A stretch of DNA of 64,000 bases from Camelus ferus. Lineage: Eukaryota. The stretch is taken from assembly GCF_009834535.1 (NCBI RefSeq), contig NC_045707.1:58034001-58098000 (forward strand), written 5' to 3'. Position 1 is the stretch's first letter; every line of letters begins with the position of its first letter. Below the pieces are notes generated by a model that saw nothing but the letters and a program-made list of their open reading frames with translations, had not been told where the DNA came from and ran no database searches. Of the stretch, positions 50,563-64,000 are shown one piece after another. The position numbers and the translations under genes are program-made.

Positions 50563-51576
50563 TTAGCTTTTACCTTGTACATAGATATGAAGTTTTATAG
50601 TTATTTGTATGTTGTGAGATAAATCATTAAAACCTTCACACCCAGACACTTAGGGTATGGTTTTTGCAAGTAGTAGAACTTGCGTTTTTATAAAATAAAT
50701 AAAAACTTCATTGTGGATCTTCTGTGCAGATATTTTTAATATCTTGAAATTTAAAAAAAAGTTTCTAATACTAGCATCCTTCCTATGAAAAAAATCCTAA
50801 ACCAGTTTAAATATTAAATGATAGAAAAATATTCACTTGAGTCATCAATTAATTTACTACCTTCTTTATAAAGGTCTGAATTAGGTCCTATGGAGGAATA
50901 CAGAATAGAATTAAATCTATGTTCTATGCTATTATAATTTAAAAATAAAGTTTCTCTTTTACTTTTCAATACAGACAAGACTTGCAGATAAGTTTAATGT
51001 TCTATCCTTCTGTTCTTAAAATAGAAATTTAATCAACTTTTAAGGGAGCCTTTTGAAGTTTCTTTGAAAAATATGTGACTCCCCTCTTGTTAGTAAAAAG
51101 AATACTCTTGTGCAGTCTTCTCTTAAGTGCTTAATCTTCTCAGTTCACTGAATCATAATCTGAAATGTAACTCTCTTTTAAAAAGTATTCTAATGGGGCT
51201 ACTTAAAGTGTTTTCTCACCAAAAAGGAAAAGAGACTGGAAGCAGCTGATACTGAGTCTCCTGTTGTAGAATAGTGTGATTGCTTTGTATGAGAAATCTC
51301 TTTAAAACTGAATATAGACTTTGTAATTTTTTTTTTTTTTTTTTTTTTTTTTTGGTTGGGGATGTTAAGATCTTAGAAGACTCTGTTGGATCCCTTGTAA
51401 ATAATATTAAAATCTGTGTTTTTAAAAATGTGCACTATGAGTTATTTTCTCTACATAATTTTATTTACAAAGCTATACTTTATGCTGATGGCTCTTAAAA
51501 CTTTTTATTGAAATCATCCTAAATCTGTTTAAAAAAAAATAAACAAACAATACTTCTAACCCCAAACTGGCCCCTC

Positions 51577-51615
51577 ACTTCCTGTAAATAAATGGACAAC
51601 CCTAGCCATATATGG
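51577..51615. promoter_or_regulatory. Candidate intronic enhancer core: ETS + forkhead + CArG
   Basis: ACTTCCTG (51577-51584), TGTAAATA (51583-51590), CCATATATGG (51606-51615). Confidence 0.55.
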
Positions 51616-54150
51616 GGGGTGCTGGTAGAGCACCAGTGCCCACACTGCTGCTGTTATAATACCTTCTGTGCAGTTGCTGCCTTTGTGCTTCCTGGCAACA
51701 GTTTTGTGGTCTGACTTTGAAGTGTCATAACCAAGACCATCTTTCATATGCTTCAGCTACAGTGTGATTGCAAGCTGTGACTGAGCATTTTCTAGTATAG
51801 TCAGGTAGAAACATTAGATGGAATAGAGGAAAAATTATTTTCATCATCCATTTGTTGCCACATTTTACAGTACTGTTCACATAAGTACTTTAAAAACTAT
51901 CTAGTTAGATGATTTTAAAAATATAACTATTTAGAAACTTTTGGGGGCGAGGTGAGATACAGAACATTGTTTTGTTACTGCTGTAACATGTTACTTCTTG
52001 ACACTTCCTGAAATTGCTATTTTCATTGCCTTTCTGCCTGCCCAAGATTGCAATTTTCACCCCACTTTTCTTTTGAAAGTTTGTAAGGTTCCACAATCGT
52101 TTGGGAAATCGAGTATTAGCATTTTGGTATATCTTTTTGAAAGGTTAGAGACCTTCCCACAGTCAATTTGAGTTTCTTCTAAGTTGTGGTTGGATATGTA
52201 CTAGTCATGACTTATCAGTGTTATTCAGGAGGGAGATTAGCTGGTGAACATTTGCTGAGGATTTGTTACATGTGAAACATTGTGGTAGGTAGTTTTATAA
52301 CCAGTGTCTCATGTAATTCTCACAAAATCCCTTTTCTCTTGCTCAAGGTTACCAAGATAATAAATGGCAGAGCCATTTCTGACACAGGTCTATGTGATTC
52401 TAGAGACCAAACTTAACACTATGTTACATGTCTTCTTTTAAGACTAAAGAAGAAAATGTTCTTAAGTCTCCTAGTCATTATGGTTGCTGATTAATAGTTG
52501 GAGGTTTCCATGTTAATCAGCCAAGAATCAAACAAAACACACGATAGACACCATTTTTTCTTCATCTACTGTTGTTTTAGCTAGTCAAAACTTTTAAGAG
52601 CATTTCTGTGGTAATTGAAATGCAGTGATCCTATATCTAAATTAGTCTTAGAATCTGCCCTTAATTTTAGGAACTGCAAAGATTGTTTTTGACTGACTGT
52701 TGCATGCATAATGTTTGATCAAGTGCTTTGGGAAGTACAAAGGAAGTGAAAACAGCAACAGTACTCTCCTTTTTTTAGGACAGAGTTTATTTAATCTTTA
52801 AACATCTTCATTTTTCTTTATCCTAATAACAATTTATGTTAATGCTCTAGGCATTTTTATTTTTACTTACTTACTGTAAATTCCTTATACACAGACCCTT
52901 AACTCTTTAGTGAAAAGATATAAATTTAAGTGAACTCATATCAGCAATAGTGAAGGAAAGGAAGGAAGGAAGAAAAGAGAGAAAGAAAGCTTGTCAGTAC
53001 CATTTAGCTTAATCTCCTGAAATTTACTTTCTGTACAGTGATTATTGGTATTTATAATTAGGACTTGAGACAGTCTATGAAATGCTAATAAAGTTGCCTG
53101 CGTTAACTTCTGAGTTACTAAAACAAACCTTTTAATGTTAATCATATTTGATTTGAATTGGAAGCCTTTTGTTAGTAGGAATATCCAAGTCATTAGACTG
53201 TTCCATTCTTTAAATCATTTTGCAAAATTTAGCCAAATTATATTTCAGATCTTACCTTGGAAAAGGTAATAGTTTTCTTCTTCTTAGTGATAAGAGAGAG
53301 CACCATTTGAAATGTAGTTTACTTGTTGTCCATCAGATCATTGGTTCTTGAAATTTTACATTTCATGGACCAATAAATTTTTTTTTTAATTTCAGTGACT
53401 AAAAGAGGAGGACCTAATATTTATGTTGTCATCTTAGAACGTTAAAAACAAACAACCTGATCACATTCTACCATCATCACTTCATGAAATTAAGAATATT
53501 TTAACAACATGTGGTATCTAAACAAAGGACAGTGGGGACTCATATATCAATCTATAAGATTATTATTCTATTGACAACAGATGTTCTTGATGCTCTTTCA
53601 TGCAAGTGGAGTAGTTGAGGATGAACAGATTTCATAGCTCTATTCCTTATACATAGTCTCCAGGATACAAGAGAGTGCAGGTGGTAGCCAGTCTCATCAT
53701 CAGGGTGCAAGTGCCTGGTCCCTGATCACCCAATAAAGAGTGAAAAAGAATTTACCTGAAGAGATTCGGGAGATCAGTGAAAGCTGGTTTCATATTTATA
53801 TTTCCTCTGCACATGTAATCTTCCTCTGATATGTATTTCCCAGCTTATTTATATTAGGGCACAGCTCAAAGCACAAAATGTGGACTTGGTTGACCACTGG
53901 GGTGCACAGTGATTCTTTCAGTTACTGTTTAAACCCTAAATTTGGCATTTATACACTACCTGCTATTGTTAGTATAGCTTATCTCCAGACAAAATAGTGA
54001 ATTCCTTCAAGTGGGGAATCTGATTCATTTTTCTTTAAATCCTCTTTGGTATCTGTATTTTATTTTAGCAGGTGCGCAGTAAATGTTTGTTAATTAAAGA
54101 AAAAATGAACATAATGTAGACTAACCTTGTGAAGAGCAGAGTTCACAGAG

Positions 54151-54210
54151 AACAAAATGATGACAGTGTAGGGGTAAATATAACAAAATGATGACTGTGT
54201 GGGTAAATAT
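54151..54210 (+). repeat. Tandem duplication of a ~30-bp unit
   Basis: AACAAAATGATGACAGTGTAGGGGTAAATAT then AACAAAATGATGACTGTGTGGGTAAATAT. Confidence 0.9.
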
Positions 54211-57200
54211 AATAAGTATTTTTAAATGTTCTCATAAAAAAGCTTATACCAATAACTTACTTTTATAATACTTATAATGTAAAGGTAACCATTATTATGG
54301 TCAAAATTGATCAGGATCTTAGTTCTTTTTTTTTAATGAAATGTATTCTGATTACCAATACAAGTAGAATTTTGCTCAGTTTATGTAACATACTTTAAAA
54401 ATGAATTTCCCTAAACAAATCATTAGGTGTTGGTTTAGAAAAGAAATCTCTAGCATACTATCATTAGAAGCTAATCCATATTTTCTAATGATTTTAATGA
54501 CTTTTTTCCCTAAATAACACGTTCACTATGGATCCCTGTATGTCAGTATTTTCTGACCTTATTAGTATTTTGGTTGTTTATCTTTTCATTGTCGTGCTGG
54601 CTAACCATAAAAAGGCAAAGATGAGCTCTGTGTTCCTGCCCTAAGTGTGCTTGCTCTACTCGAATGCTCTTTCATGGGTGGAGACATTCCACATCGTCAT
54701 GTGTTACATAGGCATTTCTGAAATGACATTCAGTAGAAACCATGGAAAGAAATGAAGGCATTCCTCAGCTGTCACCTTTTCAGTAATCTATTTAAATACA
54801 TTATGTGCATTGAGTGAGATACTGCACAGGGAGAGCTTCACTGAATAAAAAGCATTACTTTAACTTGATTATTAACTCATATGAGCTGAAAATACATTTT
54901 TTAACATGTTCCCTAACCCCCCACCCCCCAAAAAAATCAGGTTGTAGAAGTTTGTGTCATTTTCTAAAATACTTGCATGGTGCAGAGGAGAAATTTTGTG
55001 AATTGATACCCTTTTAGAAGTTAGCCACAGGGCAAAGTGTATTTTCCTGGATTAATAATGTTAAAACACACCCACACGTCAATTACCTTTACTTTGTAGT
55101 AAACAAACTGATGTGTATACATTTTATTAGCCTTCAAATTTATTTTAGTTGGCTGTAAACTGAATCCGATATTTCTACGTTTGCTTGGAACATTCCTGGC
55201 ACTTTTCTTTTGGAGCTTCAGCTCTTTTGAATATCACCAGCATTGAGTTGAGTTTGTGGTTTTTTTTTTCTTTCATTCAGGAGAGTTTTTAAATTTTGAA
55301 AATGATAGTCATTGGAGATGTGTCTGGTGAACAAAGTAGATCATGGGTAATCATGGTTGATAAATACTATCACTGATAGACAATATTTTCTATAAAGCTT
55401 ATTCTTAGTTGAAACATGGTCAAGGAGACCATCTTGGATTTTAGTCTCTTTTTACATCATTTGGACTTGAGTATGCGTCAGAATTTCTTTATGATTAACC
55501 TAGGGTACTCTTCATTTGTATTTTAGATTTTGCATGAAACAAGTCAATAGCTTACATAGCTTATGAATTGAACGTGGTCTTTTTTTGTGGATGTTTGTGT
55601 TTTCCACGAAAGATTTTGATGCTGCTGTTGCCAAATCATAGCACTGTATTTTGTTAAGAGCTATTGTTTTTCTCAAAGATATGTTAATTTATACAATTTT
55701 TCTTAAAAGATTAGAACAGATGACATGTTCAGCAGTTTCTATATCCTTCCCAAGTACATGGAATGATCTGCATAAAAATTTTGCCTCATCTTCAAGTTTT
55801 CCCCTTTCAAAATGTGTTGCTATTTAACTCTTTCAGCCATCTTTTTTTAACACTAAAATATCTAAGTTTCTGATTTTCTCAATGTGGCATACATGAAAAT
55901 GTCTCAAGTGCTTATTAAGCCTTCAGTGCCTTCTATTCTTGCTTTCTGTCTGCTCCATCTCTTTTTATTTTTAAACATGGCTTACTTTCAAGTTTGTTTA
56001 TTCTATATGTTTTTTTTATTCCAAACAAAAATTGAAGAAGAATAATTATTTAAGTAATTAAAACATCATAGAAAAATATAAAAAAGAAAATAAATTCTGT
56101 TCAAATTTTCAGGCATGGAGATAGCTAGCCACATTTAAAATTTTGGTTGACTCTCTTTATCAATCTCTATCCAATATATAATTTTCTAAAAAAGGGATTA
56201 TATTTGATTTTCTGGTTTATAACCTGCTTTCTAAATTATAGTTTTTTAGAAATATTTCTATATTAATGGATATTGGTTCCACTGTGTGAGCTTGTGTGTA
56301 CATGTGTGAGTACACGTGTAAATCCCAAAATCTATTTTCCCAGTCGTCTGATGATGAATATTTAGTATATTTTCAGTTTCTCATGGTATGGTGGATAGTA
56401 TACATATTTGCTCATTTGTGACGTTTTATTGTTAGGATTGTTTCTTAGAGATTTCACCTGCAATTTTATGTTTTGCCCAAAATAACATGTTTCAATGCTT
56501 GTTTGTGCAAAAGATATTTTCAGTGAAGTCTTCTAATATAGAAGGCTAACCTTGAAAGTACTCTTGCTGACACAACGTCTGTTGATTCATAATGTGATGA
56601 TGTTATCGTTCTTCTCTAAGGTATCCAAAAGAAAATCTAATTTATTACTTTATTACTCTGTATGTTAATAAAATTTGTATATAAATTGCTTTAAATATTA
56701 AATAGTATTTGTATTTATAGATAAATGATGCTGTTCGTTTAAATTGGTGATATTTGTACAACAAATACATAAATCATTATTTACCATATGCCTGGTATAA
56801 AGTCCTTGCCTACATGTAGTGTATAATCTAGTTAGAATAGAGACATTGGGTGAGATGAAAGTTTTTATTAGGAGAACTTAACATAGAATGTCAGGAAAGA
56901 CATTGCTGAGAAAGCTATGTTTAAGTTATAGGTAACTTAACAGATGTCTTGAGTCTTTCATGACCCTGCTCCCTCATTGTTCTCTGAGTGTCCCTAATCA
57001 GTTTCCCTTTCTGATCTTCTTTTTTTTTTCCTTAAAGAATAATGTCCCAGGGTTCTATGTATATCTCTATTTTTTTTCTTTTCCATATCACTCATTCTTA
57101 CAGTTTCACCTGTCTTCTTTTCATATGATCTGTTCTCCTGGGTATATAATCCACATCTTATTTTTGACATCATCAATCTTCTAATTACTACAGCTTTAGG

Positions 57201-57421
57201 TCTTCTTGTGTTTTCTCCCTCCACTTCTGACATATAATCAATATCTCCTATCATGGACACCTGAAAAAGAAATACTCTCAAATCCATACTACTTTTTATA
57301 TGTTCCTTTAAAAGAATTAAAGACCTACTCTGCCATGAACTATTAAGTGCTAGGGGATATATTTATAAACAAAAGAGATATCAACACTATCCTCATGGAG
57401 TTTAAAGTAAAGTGAAATTGC

Positions 57422-58220
57422 TTCGCTATCAGGAATGTGCAAATCAAAACCATAGTTAGATACCACTTCACACCCACCAGAATGGCAATAATAAAAACAA
57501 CAGATAATAACAAATGTTGACTAGAGTATGGAGAAATTAACATCCCTCATACGTTGCGAGTGGTGATGTAAACTGGTGCAGCCACCTTCAGCCACTTTCA
57601 GAACAGTCTGGCAGTTCCTCAAAAGGTTAAACATGGAGTTGCCATATAACCTAGCAGTTCTACTCCTATGTATATACCCAAGAGAATTGAAAACATGTAT
57701 TCACACAGAAATGTGTACATTAATGTTTATAGCAGAATTATCATAATAGCTAAAAAATGGGAACAACACAATTCTGTCAGCTGATGAATGGATAAATAAT
57801 ATGTGGTATGTTTTGTTACTGAAATCATTGGAATGTTATTTGGCAGTAAAAAGACACAGTACTGATGTACTGATACTTGGACAGCAGATGAATCTTAAAT
57901 ACATTATGCTAAGAAAAAGAAGCTAGTCACAAAAGACCACGTATTGTAGGATTCCATTTATATGAAATGTTCAGAATAGGTCAGTCTATAGAGACAGAAG
58001 ATAGATTAAGGGTTGCCAAAGGCTGTAGGTGTTGCGGGGAAATGGGGAGTGACTACTAATGGGTATAGCATTTCTTTTTAGAGTAATAAAAGTGGTCTAA
58101 AATTAATTGTGGTGATTCACATTGCACAACTTGGAATATACCAAAACCCTTTCATTGTGCACTTGAAATGGATTATTGTATAATAAGTGAATTAATTTTT
58201 AATAAGCTGTTATATTTTTA
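57422..58220 (+). mobile_element. LINE-1 (L1MB-like) 3' portion
   Basis: atcaggaatgtgcaaatcaaaaccatagttagataccacttcacacccaccagaatggc...gaattaatttttaataagctgtt. Confidence 0.9.
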
Positions 58221-58329
58221 AGGAATGCAGTTATTTATTAGTGTCCATCACTAAAAACTGAGACACTGGCAGAGGCTGTAATTCTCTTCTGCTAATTCCC
58301 CAACCCCAGCCTAGGCTTGGTGCTCATCA

Positions 58330-59130
58330 TGATGGCAAAAGAGAGAGCCAGTCATTGTCCCTGTCCTAACACAGCTTGCAGTGTATCTGGATAGCTAGAT
58401 AAATATAAGGTAATTACACATTTTATGTCCATTGTGTGTAACAATACGTAGTGGCTGTAGCACAGAGCGCTGTATAGAAGTTTCTGAAGGTGCATCTCAC
58501 TTAGCTGTGGGGAAAGGAAGCCTTCCTGGAGAGAGTTACCTTTAGCGCTGCTGAGTGGGGAGTCAAGGTTGGCCAGAGCTGTGAAGGGAGGCTGGGGTAT
58601 GGGAAACTGTTTCAGGGAGAGGGAATATCATGTGCAAAGAGCTGGAGGTGTATAGAAGTGTTGAAGGATTTTGATCAGGTTAAATGAGACAAATTTTCTC
58701 TTTAAGAAAAGTCACTTTGGCTGCAGTATGGAGGATGCACTGAAAAGAGGACAAGATGGAAGGCAGGCAGACTAGTTCAGGAAGTTGAGTAGTCTAGGAA
58801 CAATGAACTAGCTTAATGGCAGTGTGATTGGAAAATAGTAGATGGACTCAGGACATCTACTTAAGAATTAAAATTTGTAGGAATTGGAAGTGGTTTGGCA
58901 TGAGGGAAATAGAAGCAAAGATGTGCGTGAAGCATTGCCAACTAGGTGAATGGAATGCTTTTCAAAGGATATATTTATTCAGTAAATACTTTGTGCTTAC
59001 TGTGTAGGTCAGCAACAGAGTATATTTGAATGCTACTGGGAGTGACAGGCAGTAAACAAGAAATTACAATCACATGTGAAATGTATGCTGAAGGATATGT
59101 ATAGGATGTTGAGCGAGCCTGGAGGAGAGA
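58330..59130 (-). mobile_element. L2 fragments
   Basis: gggaatatcatgtgcaaagagctggaggtg...gtcactttggctgcagtatggagga. Confidence 0.6.
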
Positions 59131-60879
59131 TGGCTTACTTACAAATAATATATAAAAATCTCATTTGGAGGGTTTTTTGTCTTGGACGTAGCCTGTTTTC
59201 TTAGGTCTTCCTGGTTCTTGGGAAGTGTGAATACCAAATAGAACAGAATTTATGAGGTTACAGAAAAACCACAGGATAAGGATTCATGCTTAGATTTTTT
59301 AGATTTTTGGTGAACTATCTAAAAATACATGCAAAATTTTGTGTTTGTTTTTTTGTGTCTTTCATTTCAGAGGAATTAATTAATAACTTCTAAGAAAGGT
59401 CAAATTTATTTTTATGATATTGTGGAGGAGGGCATATTATGTGTTTTTAGCGATATGGGGAGGGGTAGAGCACAGAACTGTTGGGAGAGGAATTAAGGAG
59501 TGGTAGTAGTAACAATCTTAGAAGTCTTTTATTGCCTGAAATAATGCACTGTGAAAATGAGGTCATAGGTTAAAATGAGAAGTGAGAGTACATTTTCTCA
59601 GAGCATGCTGGATTTTGCTAAGAATTGTACAGTTAAAGTAATTATTCAACAAAATCTGTAACTTCTTCAGTTTCTAAATGTACTAAGTTACGTTTTCAGG
59701 GAAAATAAAAGTAAAATACTTGTTCTAACATAGAAACTTATACCTTGATACAGTTTTTCGTTTGCCTAATGTATTTTAATATTTTTTCTTATTTGCTCAA
59801 AATATTAATAGAGTTGCTTTGAGTGTTTACATACATTAATGTTTTGTTTTTAAGTTTCACAATTAATGAGAAAAGCAGCAGCTCTGCAGAGAGGTTGTGT
59901 GGGTTACTTTGACCTTGAGTAATCATCATTGGATTTGTTTTAGCTTAAATGAAGTAGGAAGTGGTATTATATGTTAGACCTTAACTCAGAATTAAGATGG
60001 CATCTTTCCCCCCTTTTAATCCACCCTTGACAGTTAAAGCCAATCTTATTGGGGGTGGAGGGTGGAGGGAGAGTATGTCTGTCTTTGTCTTACATATGAA
60101 ATGGACTGATGGTATATAAATTGTTCCCTTTCAAAATACACTTAAGTTTCAAAAAGTTAGTTGCAAGACAATATACATGGTATGATTCCATTTGAGGAAA
60201 AATGTTGTTCGCATACAAAAAAAAAAAAATCTGGAGAAATTACCCCAACTATTAATGATTATATCTGGGAGGGAAATAGGGAATATCTTGGGTTATGTCA
60301 TCTCTGAATCTTTTACGACAAGCAGAAAAAAGTGATGAAGATGAATCTGAACTGGAGAAAAATGCTGAAATGGCTCCTTCAGTTATGTATTCGGGATTAC
60401 ATATAGAGATACTGACATAACTAATGCTAGTCTTTGGCCAGTCAAGGAAGCTGGTGTTGGTGGTTAAGTAGTTATTTCTGTATTATGCCAGTCTTTTCTC
60501 TGAACCTTTTATTTCATAAGGAAAGACTGATTGTCATTGTGATGGATGCCTTGGGAGAGTTTTAAAACAAAAAAGAAAATTAATTAGGGGTCTAGTTGGA
60601 TGTATTTTGAAGCTTTTGACAAGTGAACTCTAGAAAATTCAGAGAAAAGATAAGTGTAATTTCCAAAAAGGCAGGTAGTTTTTGAGGAGTAAAGAAGTTT
60701 TAAAAGATACAATTTGGAGTTCAGAATTTTAATCAGTTCTAGTGGGAGAGGTGTAAAGGAAAGATCTAGAAAAGCAATTTCTATACAGTGAGCTCTTTTG
60801 CCTTGTTTTATATGAATATGAAAAGCATTTAATGATGAATATGTTTCAAGAATGAATTGAAAAAATGGACACGTGCCTA

Positions 60880-61800
60880 AGAATTGACTCAAGAATGCTG
60901 AAGCCCAGAGTTACATGAATTTTGTGAAAATATTTTTGAAGACGGTGAAGAAAGGGCTTTTAAGGGTTGTAAAATGGAGCAAGAATAGGAAGAAGGAAAT
61001 AACTGATGGCACAGCATTTAATTTACATGTACATTTGTTTGAAATAGCCTTGTAGTCTAACTGGCAAAATTCTAATATCCATTATTAAATAGATAGTTTT
61101 AGAAGAGATTATACTGATCACTAGATGCCAGTTTGAGTTTTCTGAAAACAAGTTCTATGTTGACCTATCTTTACTTCCTTTTTTGACAGTTGGTAAATTC
61201 AAATGAGGGAAATGTTGCAAACCTAGTGTAGCTTGATTTGTAGTAAAGAACTTGGACACGTTCTTGTTAGATCTTTGTGGTTAACATGACAAAAATCTGA
61301 CGTGAATATTAGCAGGATTAGATGGATTAACCGCTGGATGAACCATCACATACACGTCAGCCTACTGATTAAATCACTCAGTGTCAACCCAGAGGGAAGA
61401 CTAAAACAGTGGTCTGTGTGTTCTTAACCCTATCTTATTCAACGTTTTAGTAAATAAAACTAGAAATTGAGAGAGAACTTCAAAAGGCATGAGAGAGTAG
61501 TATGAATTTATTTAAACAATAAAATGAAAAGATAATAAGTATTCATGTAAAATTCTGTATTAAAATACTGATGACTACATGTTGCTAGAGAGCATTTTTG
61601 GCAGACATGAGAAAAGGGTTACTGAAAGTTTAAAAGCAAGCCCAGCATCTGATGACAGTATAATCATTTTAAAATGAACTAATTCAATGTAAAGCTAAAC
61701 TAATATTCAGCCTAGATTTTTAAAAAATCTATTCCTCTATACTGTGAGATCACATATGTAGAACTGTGTCTTGTTTTACAGTTTCAGATTTGTCTACTGG
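60880..61800 (+). mobile_element. CR1/L3 LINE relic (RT region)
   Basis: aggattagatggattaaccgctggatgaaccatcaca...ctgattaaatcactcagtgtcaacccagagggaag...ccctatcttattcaacgtttt resembles CR1 RT sequence. Confidence 0.6.
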
Positions 61801-62107
61801 TTCAGCAGATCTTGCCAATTATAGCCTTCTTTTGATTACCCACCAGTGGAATGGCTTTGTATAACAAAATTATTTCTACAGAGAAAAACCTGTATTCCAG
61901 TCCTTTTTCTAGAATTGTTAACAAATTTATACGTAATTGCACACACATTTGTAAATCTTCATGTACCTTAAGACCCTCAAAATTATCAGCTCAACTATTT
62001 TCTTGTGAGTCCCTTGAAAATAAAAGGGAGTCAGTTTTCATAGCCACATAATTACCCATTGGTATTAGACCAACGACTAGTAGGAAAATGTTAAAAGGAA
62101 TTCTTGT

Positions 62108-62540
62108 ACATATTAGTTAGGATTCTTTGTTTTAAGTAAGAAAAGGCCATTGGAACTAGCCTAAATAAAGTACTTCACTGTAAGATTATACAGATATCTT
62201 ACAGAATCTGGACTTCCGGAATGAGTCAGAGCCAGGAAGTATATGCAACCCAAGAGGTAGTCTAAGTTTCTCATCATTGTTTCTAACAAACCCATTTTAT
62301 TCTTTTTTTTTTTACATCAAACTAGATTTCTTGTTTTCCCAGTTCAGAAGGCAAAATAAAAGGCCAACAACAATTTCAGAGTTTATATTCTGGTCTAGAT
62401 ATCCAGAGAGATTGATCTCCTTTTGAGTTCTAATTCCAGATTCCCAGGAAAGGGACCACTTGATCCAGCTTAGGTTATATATCATCTTAGGTCATCAGGA
62501 ATAGCTGACGGAGCTGGGTCCCTTTGAACAAACATACCTA
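62108..62540. mobile_element. Old MLT1 (J/K/L-like) LTR fragment
   Basis: tattagttaggattctttgttttaagtaagaaaagg...ttcccaggaaagggaccacttgatccagcttaggtta. Confidence 0.5.
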
Positions 62541-62694
62541 GGCTGACTGTAATTCTAACTAATGTATTCTGAGGAGATGAGGAAGACATAAAGCTTGAAT
62601 TAATAAGTGAGTTCATAAAGAAGCAAATAATGATTGTATAAATAGACAGTCTATAAAAATCAAAAAACATAAACAAATGTTAAATCTTGAATCA

Positions 62695-63355
62695 ACAATT
62701 CTCACTTTTTTGTTTCAGAATCCTCTTTATACTGTTAAAACTTGAGAACAGACTACACCAGCAAGTAGAACTGGGGAAATCTAAATAAGATAGATGGATA
62801 ATGTCAGTGTCAAGGGTATCATATTACTCTATAGTTTTTGCAAAATTTTATCATTGAGAGAAACTGAGTAAAAGAATATCTCTGTATTTCTTAGAACTAC
62901 ATGTGAATCTACAATTCTCTCAGGAAAATAATAATATTAAAAATTTTGTCTATTATTATTTTTGTCCATTATTATTTTAATGTAAAAAAATGAAGAACCC
63001 AAAGATTTTTTGTTTATGTTGGCTGTCTTTCAGTATTTAACAAATTAGAAAATAAAACTCAAAAAGCTTTAAAATATTTATTTATTTAAAAATAACATTA
63101 TATGCCATTGTAAATAACATTTATGAAAGATAAGTATTTTGCAAGTCAAAAAGTTTAATGAAGAGAGAGGCATTGTTTCACATTTTTAAAATTTTAATGT
63201 CTTCCTTTATGGAAGATAAATGGCTCCTCATAACTTTCTGCATCTAGTCTTTTGTTATTTCACATATATAGCTTCTGAAAAACTCTGCCATAAACTTGTG
63301 AAAGAATAAGAGTATTAACCTCACCAGACTTCTGTAAAAATTTCAGAGAACCTCT
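62695..63355. mobile_element. Charlie1-like DNA transposon with a nested L1MC-like 3' end (~62750-62985)
   Basis: tcagaatcctctttatactgttaaaa...gaacccaaagattttttgtttatgttgg...aatgaagagagaggcattgtttcacatttt. Confidence 0.55.
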
Positions 63356-64000
63356 GAGCTAAATAAGTGAAGGCGTATACCATGTTCATGGTTTAGAAGA
63401 TTGAATATTGTAAAGAAGTTAATTCTCCACAAGCTGTTCAAAGATTTAACACAAGCCCAACCAAAATTCCAGTTGTGTGTTTAGTGTGTATGAGAGAAAT
63501 AACAAACATATATAAATGAAAAAGGCCATATATAGCCAGGTTAATCTTTAAGAATAAGAAGTTGAGAGACCTTAATTTACTCTGATGGAAAATAGATGGA
63601 ACTCAGTCAACCTGTTCATATGGAAAAAGAGTTAATCTTGACACCCTGAACTTTACACCATACACAAAAATCAATTCCAAATGGATTGTAGAGCTAAAGG
63701 TGAAATAAATAAATAATAGATATTGGGGAAGGTAACATTTGAGACTGTCTTTATAACCTTGAGGTGGGAAAAAGATGTTTAAGCAGGACACAAAAATTGT
63801 TAACCATAAAAGAAAAGACTGATTAATTGGACTACATTAAAATGAAGAATTTCTGTTCCTCAAAAGATAACATTAAGAGAAATAAGCTTCAGAATGGGAA
63901 GATATTTGTCATATACAGTTAACATAGGACTTATATTCAAGTGTGTGTGTGTTAAACTACAAATCAGTAAGAAAAAAATACAGTCAAGCATGTCACAAAA
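63356..64000 (+). mobile_element. LINE-1 ORF2-derived fragments (degraded)
   Basis: ccatgttcatggtttagaagattgaatattgtaaag...acaccatacacaaaaatcaattccaaatggatt. Confidence 0.85.

Larger units (their letters stand above)
46155..64000 (+). other. PPP1R12A: Intron 1 of PPP1R12A (partial; continues past the window)
   Basis: Starts at GT after the Gln79 codon. No continuation of the MYPT1 ankyrin repeats (ACIDDN...) appears in the ORF track; sequence is repeat-rich. Confidence 0.88.

Noticed and set aside
47146..54210. Direct repeats as CRISPR-like arrays or LTR pairs
   Set aside because: Only two copies each, no spacer array, no TG...CA termini or primer-binding site; eukaryotic intronic context.

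Overview
Mammalian genomic DNA, very probably a camelid (a Vic-1-type tRNA-derived SINE at ~33.06 kb, plus cetartiodactyl-type L1 3' ends). The only protein-coding sequence I can support is exon 1 of PPP1R12A (MYPT1, myosin phosphatase targeting subunit 1) on the + strand at 45918-46154, inside a CpG-island promoter. It is preceded by ~45 kb of repeat-rich intergenic DNA and followed by ~18 kb of intron 1; exon 2 is not visible. The rest is L1, L2, CR1, MLT LTRs, hAT DNA transposons and microsatellites; subfamily names are from memory and approximate. I see no evidence of a wholly new biological system. The most interesting observations are: (i) a 227-bp copy of nearby intron 1 sequence inserted into a (TA)n tract; (ii) a candidate phase-compatible alternative first exon (MEVNR) that would delete the PP1c-docking motifs; (iii) CArG boxes around the promoter, one with adjacent ETS/forkhead motifs; (iv) a near-symmetric BANP-NRF1-BANP promoter core; (v) a tailless 3'-truncated U2 snRNA retrocopy with a target-site duplication; (vi) a possible antisense exon at ~12.7 kb.
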